From Desulfurococcales archaeon (GTDB taxonomy: Archaea; Thermoproteota; Thermoprotei_A; Sulfolobales; Desulfurococcaceae), in NCBI GenBank assembly GCA_027022365.1, contig JALVYU010000031.1, positions 32,001 through 96,000 of the forward strand: 64,000 nucleotides of DNA, given 5' to 3'. Positions 20,397-30,664 of this stretch are shown here, piece by piece (the first letter of the stretch is position 1; every line of letters begins with the position of its first letter). Below the pieces are notes generated by a model. That model searched no databases and was not told where the DNA came from. It was given only the letters and a program-made list of their open reading frames with translations. Position numbers and translations under genes: made by a program.

Positions 20397-20595
20397 GAAT
20401 ATACTCCACCATACATGATTGTCGTAAATACGGTACTAATAATTAACATCTAGTTGTCTAGGTTTAATTTAACTATCCGCAAATCAGTGCTGTCGAAGCT
20501 AAAGGCGATAATATCTTATTTAATTCATGGTTGTCCTTATAAGTCATAGTAGAATATAACCTTAGACTAGTAAACTGTTTTTCGAAGGTGTAAAC

Positions 20596-21975
20596 ATGGC
20601 CGAGAAATATGATGTAGCAATTATTGGAGCTGGAGTCGCAGGATTAACCGCTGCTTATGATCTCGTCGCCCGGGGCTTCAAAGTAGCGGTTATCGAGAGC
20701 AAGCCCCGGGATCGAATAGGAGATAAGACCTGCGGCGATGCAATAGGTACCCACCATTTCTCCGAGCTCGGCTGGAAACCCCCGTCCAGCATTATTGATC
20801 ACAAATACTCGGGCGTCAAGATCTACAGTCCCAGCGAGAAATACGGATTAGTTGTTCCGGGAGAAGGCGTAAGTGTTAACCGTGTTAAGTTCGGCCAATG
20901 GCTTCTCGCCAGAGTCCTTGATCACGGTGGCATACTTTATGATAGCCATGTCCTCGTCGATGTTGCTTTGAAGAATAACAGGGTAGAGAAGATAATAGTC
21001 AAGAAAGTTGGCGAGCCCGGCCTCAGAGAAATATATGCCGAGGCATTCATTGATGCGAGCGGCGCCAAGCCAAGCCTCAGGCCTAAACTACCCAGTGAAT
21101 GGCCCCTGGCCGAGAGGCCCTACATGACGGATTTCAATATAGCGTATAGAGAGGTCATAGAGCTCGAGAAACCGCTAGAGTCGGACATAGAATACGCGAT
21201 CATATATCTGAATACCGAGGTAGCCCCCGGAGGCTACTGGTGGCTCTTCCCTAAAGACCCCGAGGGGAGGAACATCAATGTAGGACTGGGCGTTGTATGG
21301 GGGCCCCAAGGCTACAACCCTAGGCACAACTATAACAAGTACTTAAAGCCAAGGTTCAAGGGCAAACTACTACACGCTGGGGGCGGTATAGTCCCGACGA
21401 GAAGACCTATGCCGACACTCGTATGGAGCAACGTGGGAGTAGTGGGGGATGCAGCCTATACCGTCAACCCTGTCCACGGAGGCGGAATAGGCTCCTCAAT
21501 GCTGTCAGCCAGCATAGTGGCGAGAAATATGGCCAACGCGCTTGAAGCCGGAAGAGTTGATGAGACAACCATGTGGAAAGCCAACAAAGAATACATGGCC
21601 GTGTATGGTGCAAAACAAGCATCACTGGATATCCTGAGAATGTATCTACAGAAACTAACAAACGACGACTTCGAATGGATACTTAAGAACAAGATCGTTG
21701 ATGGTGCCTCAATATATGATCTGGGGACAAAAGGAAGCCTTGTGGAGGAGATAATTCGGGGTGTAGGAAAACTTATCAGGCTTCTGGGAAAGCCATCCCT
21801 ATTGAACCAGTTAAGAATAGTTAGAAGCTATATGAACAAGGTTAAAACATTGTATCTAAACGAGTACCCCGAGACACCGGATAAGCTACACGAATGGATA
21901 TTGAAGACAGAGTCGGTCTTCAATGAGTACAGGGTAGAAATAGGATATGATCCCGGGCCAAGGGTCAGATGGTGA
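20596..21975 (+). CDS. Digeranylgeranylglycerophospholipid reductase (GGR)
   Basis: GAGVAG, KTCGDA, PGGYWWLFP, GDAA..VNPVHGGGI. Confidence 0.92.
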   Translation: MAEKYDVAIIGAGVAGLTAAYDLVARGFKVAVIESKPRDRIGDKTCGDAIGTHHFSELGWKPPSSIIDHKYSGVKIYSPSEKYGLVVPGEGVSVNRVKFGQWLLARVLDHGGILYDSHVLVDVALKNNRVEKIIVKKVGEPGLREIYAEAFIDASGAKPSLRPKLPSEWPLAERPYMTDFNIAYREVIELEKPLESDIEYAIIYLNTEVAPGGYWWLFPKDPEGRNINVGLGVVWGPQGYNPRHNYNKYLKPRFKGKLLHAGGGIVPTRRPMPTLVWSNVGVVGDAAYTVNPVHGGGIGSSMLSASIVARNMANALEAGRVDETTMWKANKEYMAVYGAKQASLDILRMYLQKLTNDDFEWILKNKIVDGASIYDLGTKGSLVEEIIRGVGKLIRLLGKPSLLNQLRIVRSYMNKVKTLYLNEYPETPDKLHEWILKTESVFNEYRVEIGYDPGPRVRW

Positions 21976-22508
21976 AGGTGGCAGGTCTCGATCTCAGAGC
22001 TAGACAGGATAGGCCTTCAGGGATAGCGTTTCTCCAGAAGAGAAGACTCATTTTTATATCAAAAGTTTACGGAGATGAAGAAATCCTTTCATTACTTGAT
22101 AAATACAAGCCCAAAATAGTAGCGATAGATTCTCCTCTGTCTCATTCCAGAGGATTTAGGAGAGTTGACAGGAAAATGATCAAGATGGGCTACAAGGTGT
22201 TACCGCCGGGATGGCCCGCAATGAGGAAGCTTGTTTCGAGGGCCATTAGGCTCAGAGAAATACTAGAAAGAAGAGGTGTTTTAGTTATTGAAACACATCC
22301 GAGGAGCTCGCTTTTATCATCTGGATGTAGTATATGGGAATTAATGGTACGCGAAGGGCTTGAACAGTCCTTGATCAGAGATCTTTCGAAAGATGAGATT
22401 GACGCACTCATAGCCGCGCTAACGGCTTACCATTACATGATCGGTGACTATGTTTCCGTCAAAGATGTTGATGGAGAAATAATCTTGTTACCACGTATAT
22501 GCAGTTGA
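21969..22508 (+). CDS. DUF429 family RNase H-like predicted nuclease
   Basis: AGLDL, VAIDSPLS, R..DR, VIETHP, DEIDALIAA. Confidence 0.85.
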   Translation: MVKVAGLDLRARQDRPSGIAFLQKRRLIFISKVYGDEEILSLLDKYKPKIVAIDSPLSHSRGFRRVDRKMIKMGYKVLPPGWPAMRKLVSRAIRLREILERRGVLVIETHPRSSLLSSGCSIWELMVREGLEQSLIRDLSKDEIDALIAALTAYHYMIGDYVSVKDVDGEIILLPRICS

Positions 22509-23474
22509 TTTTTTCTGAGGCAGGTACTGGGGAGCAATACTGATTATTTTATTCATAATATAGTCTAAGACAGCGGTTTCACTGAACAATTTCTTGATTC
22601 TAACTATGATCGGTATTTTCACTGCGAAACCGCTGGCGTGGGGATGTCCGCCTCCCCCTAGGGCTTTGGCGATCTCCCTTATATTGATCTCTTTGCTTCG
22701 CAGGCTTACCTTTCCCTTATCCGAGATAACCGCTACAACCTCGGCGTTCTTGCGCGCCATGATGTAGGCGGCGGCGAAGCTGTTCTCGATATACTTGTTG
22801 GCTTTTACAAAGGCAAAGAGTATTCCATTGATTCTCTTGAGCTTTACCAGTCTCTCCAGTTCCCCGTACGCATTGATTTCTTTCTCGACTCTATCGATCA
22901 GTATGTCATCGAAGCTCTTATCCCATAGCTTCTCTTCGAGAATAGTGTTCAGTACTTTTTCTCGCCACGAATCCGGGTCGTCTCTCCTTATGAGTCTGAG
23001 ATACCATGGGCCTAACCAGTGATCGAATCTCCACAGGTCTCCCGAGCAAACACCTTTTACGAGTTCTTCGATAAACTCTTTATTAATACTGCTTCGACGA
23101 GGCGCGTACTTGGCGACAACCCCCGTTGCACAGATGGAATTATCTACATTGATTCTAACACCGACCTCTTTGAGGCTGTCAAGCCATTCTTTATCCCATA
23201 TATGGTGGTCGTACCACTCTATCTCGATTCCCTCGGCGATCTTTTTCTCCAGTATGGGTCTGATGTACTCGTAAGTCTTCTGGTTCATCCCTAAGTCCAT
23301 GAAGGCTATGGTGTGGACATTCCGAATCTTGGAGATCTTCTTGAAGGCCTTTATGAGTAGATAAGGCTCAGTAAACATGATCTTGGAAGGCCTATACCCC
23401 CTATAATGTATGTAGACGGCGGCTGACCCCACTCCATCCATATCAGTATGTGTTACGACCATATAGTCATCCAT
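22488..23474 (-). CDS. DHH/DHHA1 family phosphoesterase (NrnA/NrnB-like)
   Basis: THTDMDG, YDHH, SLRS, GGGGHPHASG; start moved to ATG 23474. Confidence 0.88.
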   Translation of the reverse strand: MDDYMVVTHTDMDGVGSAAVYIHYRGYRPSKIMFTEPYLLIKAFKKISKIRNVHTIAFMDLGMNQKTYEYIRPILEKKIAEGIEIEWYDHHIWDKEWLDSLKEVGVRINVDNSICATGVVAKYAPRRSSINKEFIEELVKGVCSGDLWRFDHWLGPWYLRLIRRDDPDSWREKVLNTILEEKLWDKSFDDILIDRVEKEINAYGELERLVKLKRINGILFAFVKANKYIENSFAAAYIMARKNAEVVAVISDKGKVSLRSKEINIREIAKALGGGGHPHASGFAVKIPIIVRIKKLFSETAVLDYIMNKIISIAPQYLPQKKSTAYTW

Positions 23475-23572
23475 ATCAACCGTTCCCCAATCATTGTTGT
23501 GTCGTCGAATCATTTTATCTAGCTTAATAAGGAATTATAAAGTAAGTGATAACCTGATAATAGGTCAGTGGC

Positions 23573-24814
23573 GTGAAGACAGAGTTGCCAGGCAAACCAA
23601 GGGACCTATGTCTAAGATGCAAGGGATACCGTAATCTCTGCGGGCTTGGATATTGTCCACTCCTACGCGGATTCCGCGGCAAGGTCAAAATGATATCGAG
23701 GATTAATAACACACGAGTCAACGGAGCTACACCGCCTTCTGCCCTGGTAGGCGAGTACGGGTATCCATACGTCAACGTGTACATAGGCCTCCCGCCTTGC
23801 ATACATGGTGATGAGGCCAAGAAATACGATGATCCTTCTTCATGGTTCCTAAGACTAGGATTAGGAGACATAATAGAGCTAAGATCACAGCTAGTGTACG
23901 CTAAGAAGAAAGCGAAAGTGAACGATCCATTGATGTTGTACGAGAAAGAAATAGGATTAGCGGCTTTGTCGAGAAAACCAGTTGACGCAGAGGCAGAACT
24001 ATCAGGTATACCGAAGCCCAGGCTAAGACTTGATCCTCTTCTTCCGCCAATAGGCCCCACGATATCGGCCAGAAGAATAAGAGTATCAGGTAATCCGTCT
24101 CTTCACCCAGCTCTCGAGAAGCTGATATGGGATGATGTTAGGGCCGAAGAAGCTGTTTGGATCCTTCACCGTGAAGGCCTCGACCACTACGAAATAGTAA
24201 GAGCCCTATCTCTCGGTTTCATCGGAACTATTAGGCGGAGGAAGCTTGTTCCCACGAGATGGAGCATAACAGCGGTTGACAGTATTGTAGCCAAAATGTA
24301 TCTAAGAACAATACACTTGTCGAGACCTATAAGCGATGTACTGGTCTACCATGCCGAGTATCTCTACAACAAGTACACCATAATACTTTACCCGGGAAGA
24401 TATAGTTCCGAGTGGATAGAGGTATGGATGCCCAACAGCCTTTGGAACCCACACGCTGAGCCGTCAATACTCATCATACGTGACGACTACCGTGGTCGCC
24501 CGGAGAAGATGGATGGAGGATTCCTTGCGGCAAGAACACCTATTCTCGGGCACCTTGCAAGCACTAGGAGGCAGGCCAAGGTAATAATTTTGAGGGAGGT
24601 CGCGCCACAATATATCTACCCCGTGGGCAACTGGCAGATCAGAATGACCGTTGCAGAAGCACTTCGTAGGGGCCCCGTGCTGAGAAACCCTACGAAAAAA
24701 GAGCTCCTCTTATATCTTAGGAGAACACATAGTGTTCCAACGCACATATATGATCATATTGTCGAGAAAATATACAGTGAGAGGCAGATGACCATCGATG
24801 ATTTCAAGAAATAA
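23573..24814 (+). CDS. nreA: Archaeal DNA repair protein NreA
   Basis: CLRCKG..NLCG...CP zinc motif, LVPTRWSITAVD, PVGNWQIR, C-terminal PIP box QMTIDDF. Confidence 0.9.
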   Translation: MKTELPGKPRDLCLRCKGYRNLCGLGYCPLLRGFRGKVKMISRINNTRVNGATPPSALVGEYGYPYVNVYIGLPPCIHGDEAKKYDDPSSWFLRLGLGDIIELRSQLVYAKKKAKVNDPLMLYEKEIGLAALSRKPVDAEAELSGIPKPRLRLDPLLPPIGPTISARRIRVSGNPSLHPALEKLIWDDVRAEEAVWILHREGLDHYEIVRALSLGFIGTIRRRKLVPTRWSITAVDSIVAKMYLRTIHLSRPISDVLVYHAEYLYNKYTIILYPGRYSSEWIEVWMPNSLWNPHAEPSILIIRDDYRGRPEKMDGGFLAARTPILGHLASTRRQAKVIILREVAPQYIYPVGNWQIRMTVAEALRRGPVLRNPTKKELLLYLRRTHSVPTHIYDHIVEKIYSERQMTIDDFKK

Positions 24815-24830
24815 TAATATAGACACGCGC

Positions 24831-26114
24831 ATGGAAGCCTCAGCAGGAATAATTGTATTATCACTATTTGTTTATATAGCCATTATAGCCTCAATTACCC
24901 TGGCAACCTATATGTTCTGGAACACATACTTTTTGGCACCAAGCCTCATCGTTAAGCTCAGCACATACTTTGTACTAATATTATTCACGTATATTGTTTT
25001 GACGGAGATGTATGACTTAGCGAACAACTTATCAAAAATAAAGTTATTCTCGGAGAACCTCTACATGAACCTGGAATACCTACTGATTCCTTTGAGCATT
25101 ATCTTGTCAATTGATCTACTAACTGATATAACAGCAAATATTTACAGAGAATATGAAATCGTAATGATATTAATTGATATAACTTTGATACTAGTAGAAT
25201 CTATTCTCCTCTATCTTCTTGGGAGAAGAATATTCTTAGGCCTCGAACTTAGAAAACTAATAAGAATACTTTACGGAAACACCCAAGGCCTATTACGTAG
25301 TTTTTGGAGAAAATTAAAGAATAGAGAATTATTCACCAATGCAGCATACTTTATCTCCTTCGTACTCCTTTACAACTATGGAATCCTTGCTTTCCAAGCT
25401 ATAAGAGTGATAACTGTAGCAACCGAACACATAACAATTAATTCTATTCTCAACTGCTTAGTCCTAATAATGATGATTAAACTAGTGCTATACTCATCAA
25501 CAATATCATATATGATGTACACAGGAATTATCCTATCGCCTGAACAAAAAATAGATTTGAGAAAAGTACTTGTTACACTGGATAGGCGCCAATCACTAAT
25601 TACGGCCATATATTATAGGTCCGTTAAGGAGCTGAAGATGTATATACATGAGGTTCTTCTTAATCCACTAAATGATGTTATTATCATATTACCGTATAAC
25701 ATAGATACAGAGTGTACACGTTTTATTAGAGAAGTTAAGAATAACAATACCGCCGTTATAATATATCTGAGAAGACAAACAACCGCTCTCCAGAAACTCC
25801 CCATTTCATCGGAAAAAAAGATATTTTATATTAGTTCTCTGCAGTATATGCAGATAAACTATATTATACGTGGCGTGAGATTTACCGCTCCTATACTAAG
25901 AATAATTATTTGTTTAATGCAAGATGAAAGCTTTATCGAAAAAATGGGCACTACGTTCTATAGATTCGTGAGAGGCATTATAGATTACTTCTGCGGGGCC
26001 AAGTTTACCCGTGTCTTTATAGAGTTTATAGCGCCTTATAATCGGTTCGATAATATTTCCGAATTATTGTCACTAATTGTTCATGATGAATATACATTAT
26101 CAAAACAACAATAG
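24831..26114 (+). CDS. Multi-pass membrane protein (~6 TM) with soluble C-terminal alpha/beta domain, possibly degenerate RecA/DUF835-like
   Basis: Six hydrophobic segments, then alternating strands/helices ending ISELLSLIVHDEYTL; AT-rich; likely ATG 24831. Confidence 0.6.
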   Translation: MEASAGIIVLSLFVYIAIIASITLATYMFWNTYFLAPSLIVKLSTYFVLILFTYIVLTEMYDLANNLSKIKLFSENLYMNLEYLLIPLSIILSIDLLTDITANIYREYEIVMILIDITLILVESILLYLLGRRIFLGLELRKLIRILYGNTQGLLRSFWRKLKNRELFTNAAYFISFVLLYNYGILAFQAIRVITVATEHITINSILNCLVLIMMIKLVLYSSTISYMMYTGIILSPEQKIDLRKVLVTLDRRQSLITAIYYRSVKELKMYIHEVLLNPLNDVIIILPYNIDTECTRFIREVKNNNTAVIIYLRRQTTALQKLPISSEKKIFYISSLQYMQINYIIRGVRFTAPILRIIICLMQDESFIEKMGTTFYRFVRGIIDYFCGAKFTRVFIEFIAPYNRFDNISELLSLIVHDEYTLSKQQ

Positions 26115-26306
26115 ATGTTTTCCAATAATACAACACTGTTATAATTAGTTGAAATCATTTATTGGTTAAAATAAAAAACTTGTTTTATGATATAAATCAA
26201 TATTTAGTCTTAGTGACATAGAAGTAATGTAGGTGTATTATTGGAAAGGAAACCATTACGTATGGGTGCATCTACTCATTTACACAGAATAGAGGAGGGA
26301 ATAAAT

Positions 26307-27047
26307 ATGGTCGTGATCGAAAAAGTGCCCACAGGGATTAAAGGGTTTGATGATATTGTCGAGGGAGGCCTGCCAAGGCCTGGTATAACATACATAATTG
26401 GGCACCCAGGCGTCGGGAAAACTACATTGGCTCTACAGATACTTTATAATCGTGCCCTTCAGGGAGAAAAAGGCATGTATGTATCGTTAACAGAGAAAAA
26501 AGAATCGGTTATAACTAGATATAAGGACTTCCCAGCGTTTAATAGGCTCGAGGAGTTCCTCCAAAAGAAACAACTAATGTTTTTCGAAGCCATACCCACC
26601 TATGGCCTCGGCAAAGACATGGTGATAAGCCTTATAGATGATGCATTCAACATAGCTCAGGAAAACAGTGTCAAAAACATAATATTCGATACTGTCACAA
26701 GCCTTACCATGTATCTGAGGAGAGACGAGGTTAGAACGATACTATCCTATATCAATGACAAAATCTATAACTCGAAGACAATGGGGATAATGATTGCCGA
26801 GCTACCCCTCTACAGCGAAGTAATCAACCCGCCGAATGAAGAATTCCTGTGTGACGTATTGATCGTGATGGATTATGTATGGATATATGCTGGCGCGCCA
26901 AAACTCGACGTGAGACTAATTCCCGTGAAAAGCAGAGTTGGACGAGTCGACAGGAGATCCTATATCGCGGTAATATCCCCGGAGACAGGTGTTGAAATAA
27001 TAGGTACCATTGAGACAGAGCACTTCACCCCATTCAGACAGGGATAA
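26307..27047 (+). CDS. KaiC/GvpD/RAD55 family single-domain RecA-like ATPase (intact motifs)
   Basis: PTGIKGFD...GG, Walker A GHPGVGKT, Walker B IIFD, CDVLI, KSR finger; GAGGAGG SD before ATG 26307. Confidence 0.9.
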   Translation: MVVIEKVPTGIKGFDDIVEGGLPRPGITYIIGHPGVGKTTLALQILYNRALQGEKGMYVSLTEKKESVITRYKDFPAFNRLEEFLQKKQLMFFEAIPTYGLGKDMVISLIDDAFNIAQENSVKNIIFDTVTSLTMYLRRDEVRTILSYINDKIYNSKTMGIMIAELPLYSEVINPPNEEFLCDVLIVMDYVWIYAGAPKLDVRLIPVKSRVGRVDRRSYIAVISPETGVEIIGTIETEHFTPFRQG

Positions 27048-27052
27048 CATAA

Positions 27053-28597
27053 TTGACCAATAGATTTTCAACCTGTATCCGCAGATCTATAAAACACACA
27101 GCCTTCATACCGCTCTATTTATTTATACTTATCATCTTCATCGCAATACTCTCCATTATGACCGAGAGAGGCAAAACAATTAGTGTTTCCCCGGTATTTT
27201 TGTTCTTATCTATGATAATGTATACACTCTACATTGCATTGCTCATAAGGATATACATGTATGCTAGGACTATTTTAGATATAGAAACATCGTGTGGAAT
27301 AATATCCCTAGGTATACTTACTTTTCTTTATCCTCTAGTCATTTTGCTGCCGTTTTTTTATCAAGCTAATAAAAGTTTTTCATACATAATAGATGTCTTT
27401 ATTATAGTAAATGCCTTGTTGATCGAATTACACTACGCTAATGTGCTATCTAGAGTTTTTAGTCTAATAAGTAATATTAGTGGAGCGAATGAGGGCGAGC
27501 CTTCAAGCCTCGTATCCTATAGATTTAAGAATATGTGGCTTCTAAGGGGCTTCGCTATCCTTGGTTCAATCCTCGTTTTAGTTCTTTTTATACTAATGAA
27601 GCTGTTTGTATCAAGTGTGAGCCATGAGTATCTGTTTTTTATCGTTGGCTTGACTATAGTGTTTCTTGTTTTGTCAGGAGTAATAACAGTGAGGTATAAG
27701 ATTACAAACGTCTTGTATCAAGGCCTCAGATTCGCATCTCTTTATAGGTTGTTTACATTAATGAATATTCTCGCCATACTGGTCTTTTTCGGCGTAGCGG
27801 CTGCAAATACAATGATAGAATACAAGGGTTTTATTGATCCATACGCTGTGTCTTTTCTCGTCGAGATAGTCATTGCTATGTTTGTTCTTGCTTTCCTAAA
27901 ATATTCTCTTGACGATCTTGTCGGACTTATTATTGTGTCGAAAGTCCCGGGCATTGCTATGAAGGTAGGCCTACTCCCCATCTATATGATCGTGCACGAT
28001 ATCCCCGTTATGAATAGTGTATCTAAGGTTACCCGTGTTTTTGGTGACATCCTTCGCTCGGTATGGATGGCCGGGTTCCCGATAAATACCATAATATATA
28101 TATCGAAGCCTCACAGTCTTATTAGGGCTTTACTTCTCTTCAACTTTTATGAAACCTACGACGAAGTAAAAACAGAGATTACGTCTCTAGGAAGAAACAT
28201 GGATAAACTACTCGGCAATCCTATAGCTCATATATTCAATATAAACATATCTTATCCGACATCAGAAACTTTGCCTAGACAACCTAGACAGTATTTCGGC
28301 ATAGAGGTTCATGAGAGGAGCATTACCTTCGAGCGCATCTACTTGATACGCTCTATCATGGGTATCATAAGAAGGTCTAAGGGCGTTCTCTTGGTTATAG
28401 AGGATCTATCAGATCTGATCAATATATCGAGCTTTACAACAGTATATTCCCTTATAAGAACACTTATATCGTTATTGAGGCCTAATGTGGATGCGATGGT
28501 CATCATAACACCCAAATATAGACCGCATGAAGAATACATAAATGTTTTTAAGAGTATAGCTAATAGCGTGGTGGACGTAACAAGATTATTAATCTAA
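27053..28597 (+). CDS. Multi-pass membrane protein (~8 TM) with C-terminal DUF835/inactive KaiC-like domain
   Basis: Eight hydrophobic segments; tail VLLVIEDLSDLINISSFTTVYSLIRTL...MVIIT...VFKSIANSVV resembles DUF835; no Walker A. Confidence 0.65.
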   Translation: MTNRFSTCIRRSIKHTAFIPLYLFILIIFIAILSIMTERGKTISVSPVFLFLSMIMYTLYIALLIRIYMYARTILDIETSCGIISLGILTFLYPLVILLPFFYQANKSFSYIIDVFIIVNALLIELHYANVLSRVFSLISNISGANEGEPSSLVSYRFKNMWLLRGFAILGSILVLVLFILMKLFVSSVSHEYLFFIVGLTIVFLVLSGVITVRYKITNVLYQGLRFASLYRLFTLMNILAILVFFGVAAANTMIEYKGFIDPYAVSFLVEIVIAMFVLAFLKYSLDDLVGLIIVSKVPGIAMKVGLLPIYMIVHDIPVMNSVSKVTRVFGDILRSVWMAGFPINTIIYISKPHSLIRALLLFNFYETYDEVKTEITSLGRNMDKLLGNPIAHIFNINISYPTSETLPRQPRQYFGIEVHERSITFERIYLIRSIMGIIRRSKGVLLVIEDLSDLINISSFTTVYSLIRTLISLLRPNVDAMVIITPKYRPHEEYINVFKSIANSVVDVTRLLI

Positions 28598-28669
28598 AGA
28601 GTTATTTAACAAGATATAGGTTGTACTCTATCATGTTTTTCGGTCGGGTTTTGTAGGGGAGGATTATCA

Positions 28670-29476
28670 TTGGCCGAGAATGCCGATGAGAGAGAGATAT
28701 ATGATATCATTGCGGGTATGCCTATAGAGACGGAAAAGCTCAATATACTGTCTGATATAACATTTGAGGCGCAGCTCCTCCTGAGAAGCAAGTTCATCAA
28801 GAAGATCAAGCTCAGCTTCGATGATTTCAAAAATCTCCCTAAGCTGGCCGAAGACAAGGAGGTTCTCCTCACAACAACTCTAGATGGAAAGAGATTTATA
28901 GTATATTTGAGCCACGGGAAAATCGTTTCTTCAGCCATGGTAGATACAAGAAAAGGAACCAGACAAGTAGGCCTAAAGCCGCTCGCAACATTAATCGCAG
29001 CTTCAAAGATAGCTCCCATAGTGTTTAAACTGTATGAGATCCAACCAATGGTCTCAGAAGATAGAACACGGGAAGCAAGTATTAGGCCCCGGTCACTAGA
29101 AGTTGGTTTCAAAAGACGTACTAGGCCTGTCAGGGTAATGGCTAAACCCGAGATCAGGCATGGTGGAATCGAAGAAAAAGAGAGTGGAGAACCAATAATA
29201 CTCGAGTTCACTAAACGCATAAAAGAGTTCATGGAAAAAATGAAGGAAGATGTTGCAGATCTAGCCGGTTATTACGGCTGTAAATTCATTGATCTCAAGA
29301 TCGAGATAAGCAGAGGGATACTTAAGATAAAGATCTATGTAAAAAAGAAAGGATTGTTCACAAAATGCCGTGCTGAGGACTTGAAGAAAGCTGTTGAAAA
29401 CGATGCAGACATACTGCTCACCATGCTTGACCTAGATACTCCTTGCGAGGTACATGTGATCGAGCGCAGAAAATAG
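28670..29476 (+). CDS. Hypothetical protein with PATAN/DUF2226-like N-terminal domain
   Basis: LLTTTLDGKRFIVYLSHGKIVSSAMVD...GL..L..L...FKLYEI pattern; GGAGG SD. Confidence 0.55.
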   Translation: MAENADEREIYDIIAGMPIETEKLNILSDITFEAQLLLRSKFIKKIKLSFDDFKNLPKLAEDKEVLLTTTLDGKRFIVYLSHGKIVSSAMVDTRKGTRQVGLKPLATLIAASKIAPIVFKLYEIQPMVSEDRTREASIRPRSLEVGFKRRTRPVRVMAKPEIRHGGIEEKESGEPIILEFTKRIKEFMEKMKEDVADLAGYYGCKFIDLKIEISRGILKIKIYVKKKGLFTKCRAEDLKKAVENDADILLTMLDLDTPCEVHVIERRK

Positions 29477-29619
29477 GGTTTGCCGTGAATCGGAGAGTAT
29501 TTAAAGCCCATTCTTGCTTGTACGAACGGGTATTTAACTATTATTTATATTTGATAGACCTTATAGATAGATTATGTAATCAATTAGTTGTTTGAGATTT
29601 TAGCGTTAAGGAAACTATA

Positions 29620-30510
29620 ATGAATAGTGGTGGATCGTGCTTGATACTGAGATTTGTACGTGTCAGAGAGAGGCCTGCCGGAAGAATACCTGATCTCTAC
29701 ATCGACACTATCTATGAGCTTGGGAAATACTCGTATTCAGCGGTAGTACTGCGTGTGAGAGATCAGCCAGGAGTTCTAGCCAAGATATTGGATGTTATGG
29801 CTAAACATGGAATTGATATTGCTAAGGTGAATGTCCCTGAGATCCCACATGGAGGAGAGGCATTCATATCAATAATAATGCGTAACTGTGATGAAGCATG
29901 TCTTGACGAAATAGAGAAGCAATTGCGAGGACTCGATGTTGTCCTTGGAATCAAGAAATTTGTGCCGCAGACGGGATTCTTGTTTATCAAATATAATTCT
30001 ATAAAAATACTTGATCAGCCCAGCATAATACTAACACGCAATATGATACGTAGCATTATTGATATGTTCATTAAGCATGGAGGCTATGCTGATCTTGGAA
30101 CTAGGAACACTCTCAGAACGATCGGTCATGGAATAGGGAGGCAGCTCTATGAGTGCATATCCAAGATAGAGACTGAAGTTGGGGAGGGAATAGAAGAGTA
30201 TAAGGTCGCGTTAGACTTGTTAAGAGATATCTATGAGTCCTTGGGATTCGGAACAATGGACATCATTGAAGTAACTCCAATGATGAGGTATACCATAAGG
30301 ATAAAGAACAATATGGAGTGTGCCGCTGCACGTGATCTCCACATAATCGATTTCACGGGATATATCACGAGAGGAATACTAGAGCAGTTCTTTGCCGATC
30401 TTTTCGGACGACGTGCAGTAGCCAAAGAAACAAGATGCATAAACCATGGCGATGAAATAGATGAATTCAAAGTTGACGTGTACGAGTCCACAACAATATT
30501 CTTAAGATAA
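29620..30510 (+). CDS. ACT + V4R (4-vinyl reductase) ligand-binding protein
   Basis: DQPGVLAKILDVMAKHGIDI (ACT); G..IG, GFG, NMEC, RGIL, ETRCINHGD...EF (V4R). Confidence 0.85.
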   Translation: MNSGGSCLILRFVRVRERPAGRIPDLYIDTIYELGKYSYSAVVLRVRDQPGVLAKILDVMAKHGIDIAKVNVPEIPHGGEAFISIIMRNCDEACLDEIEKQLRGLDVVLGIKKFVPQTGFLFIKYNSIKILDQPSIILTRNMIRSIIDMFIKHGGYADLGTRNTLRTIGHGIGRQLYECISKIETEVGEGIEEYKVALDLLRDIYESLGFGTMDIIEVTPMMRYTIRIKNNMECAAARDLHIIDFTGYITRGILEQFFADLFGRRAVAKETRCINHGDEIDEFKVDVYESTTIFLR

Positions 30511-30664
30511 AACTTTATCGCTAACAGACAGAGAAACGGGGTTGTTTTTATCAGTTCTATATCCTTTAATGGAGGATGTTGCGGTATAAATAACCTATTA
30601 ATTTACAATTAATTCCTTTGACGAATACAATAGCGAGATACAATAGAGAAAAGAGAATGATGAA

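Noticed and set aside
26307-27047. Circadian clock KaiC
   Set aside because: Single domain, no ST phosphosite pair (EEFLCD), no kaiA or kaiB
24831-28597. Integrated mobile element suggested by AT richness
   Set aside because: No integrase, transposase, tRNA target or flanking direct repeats seen
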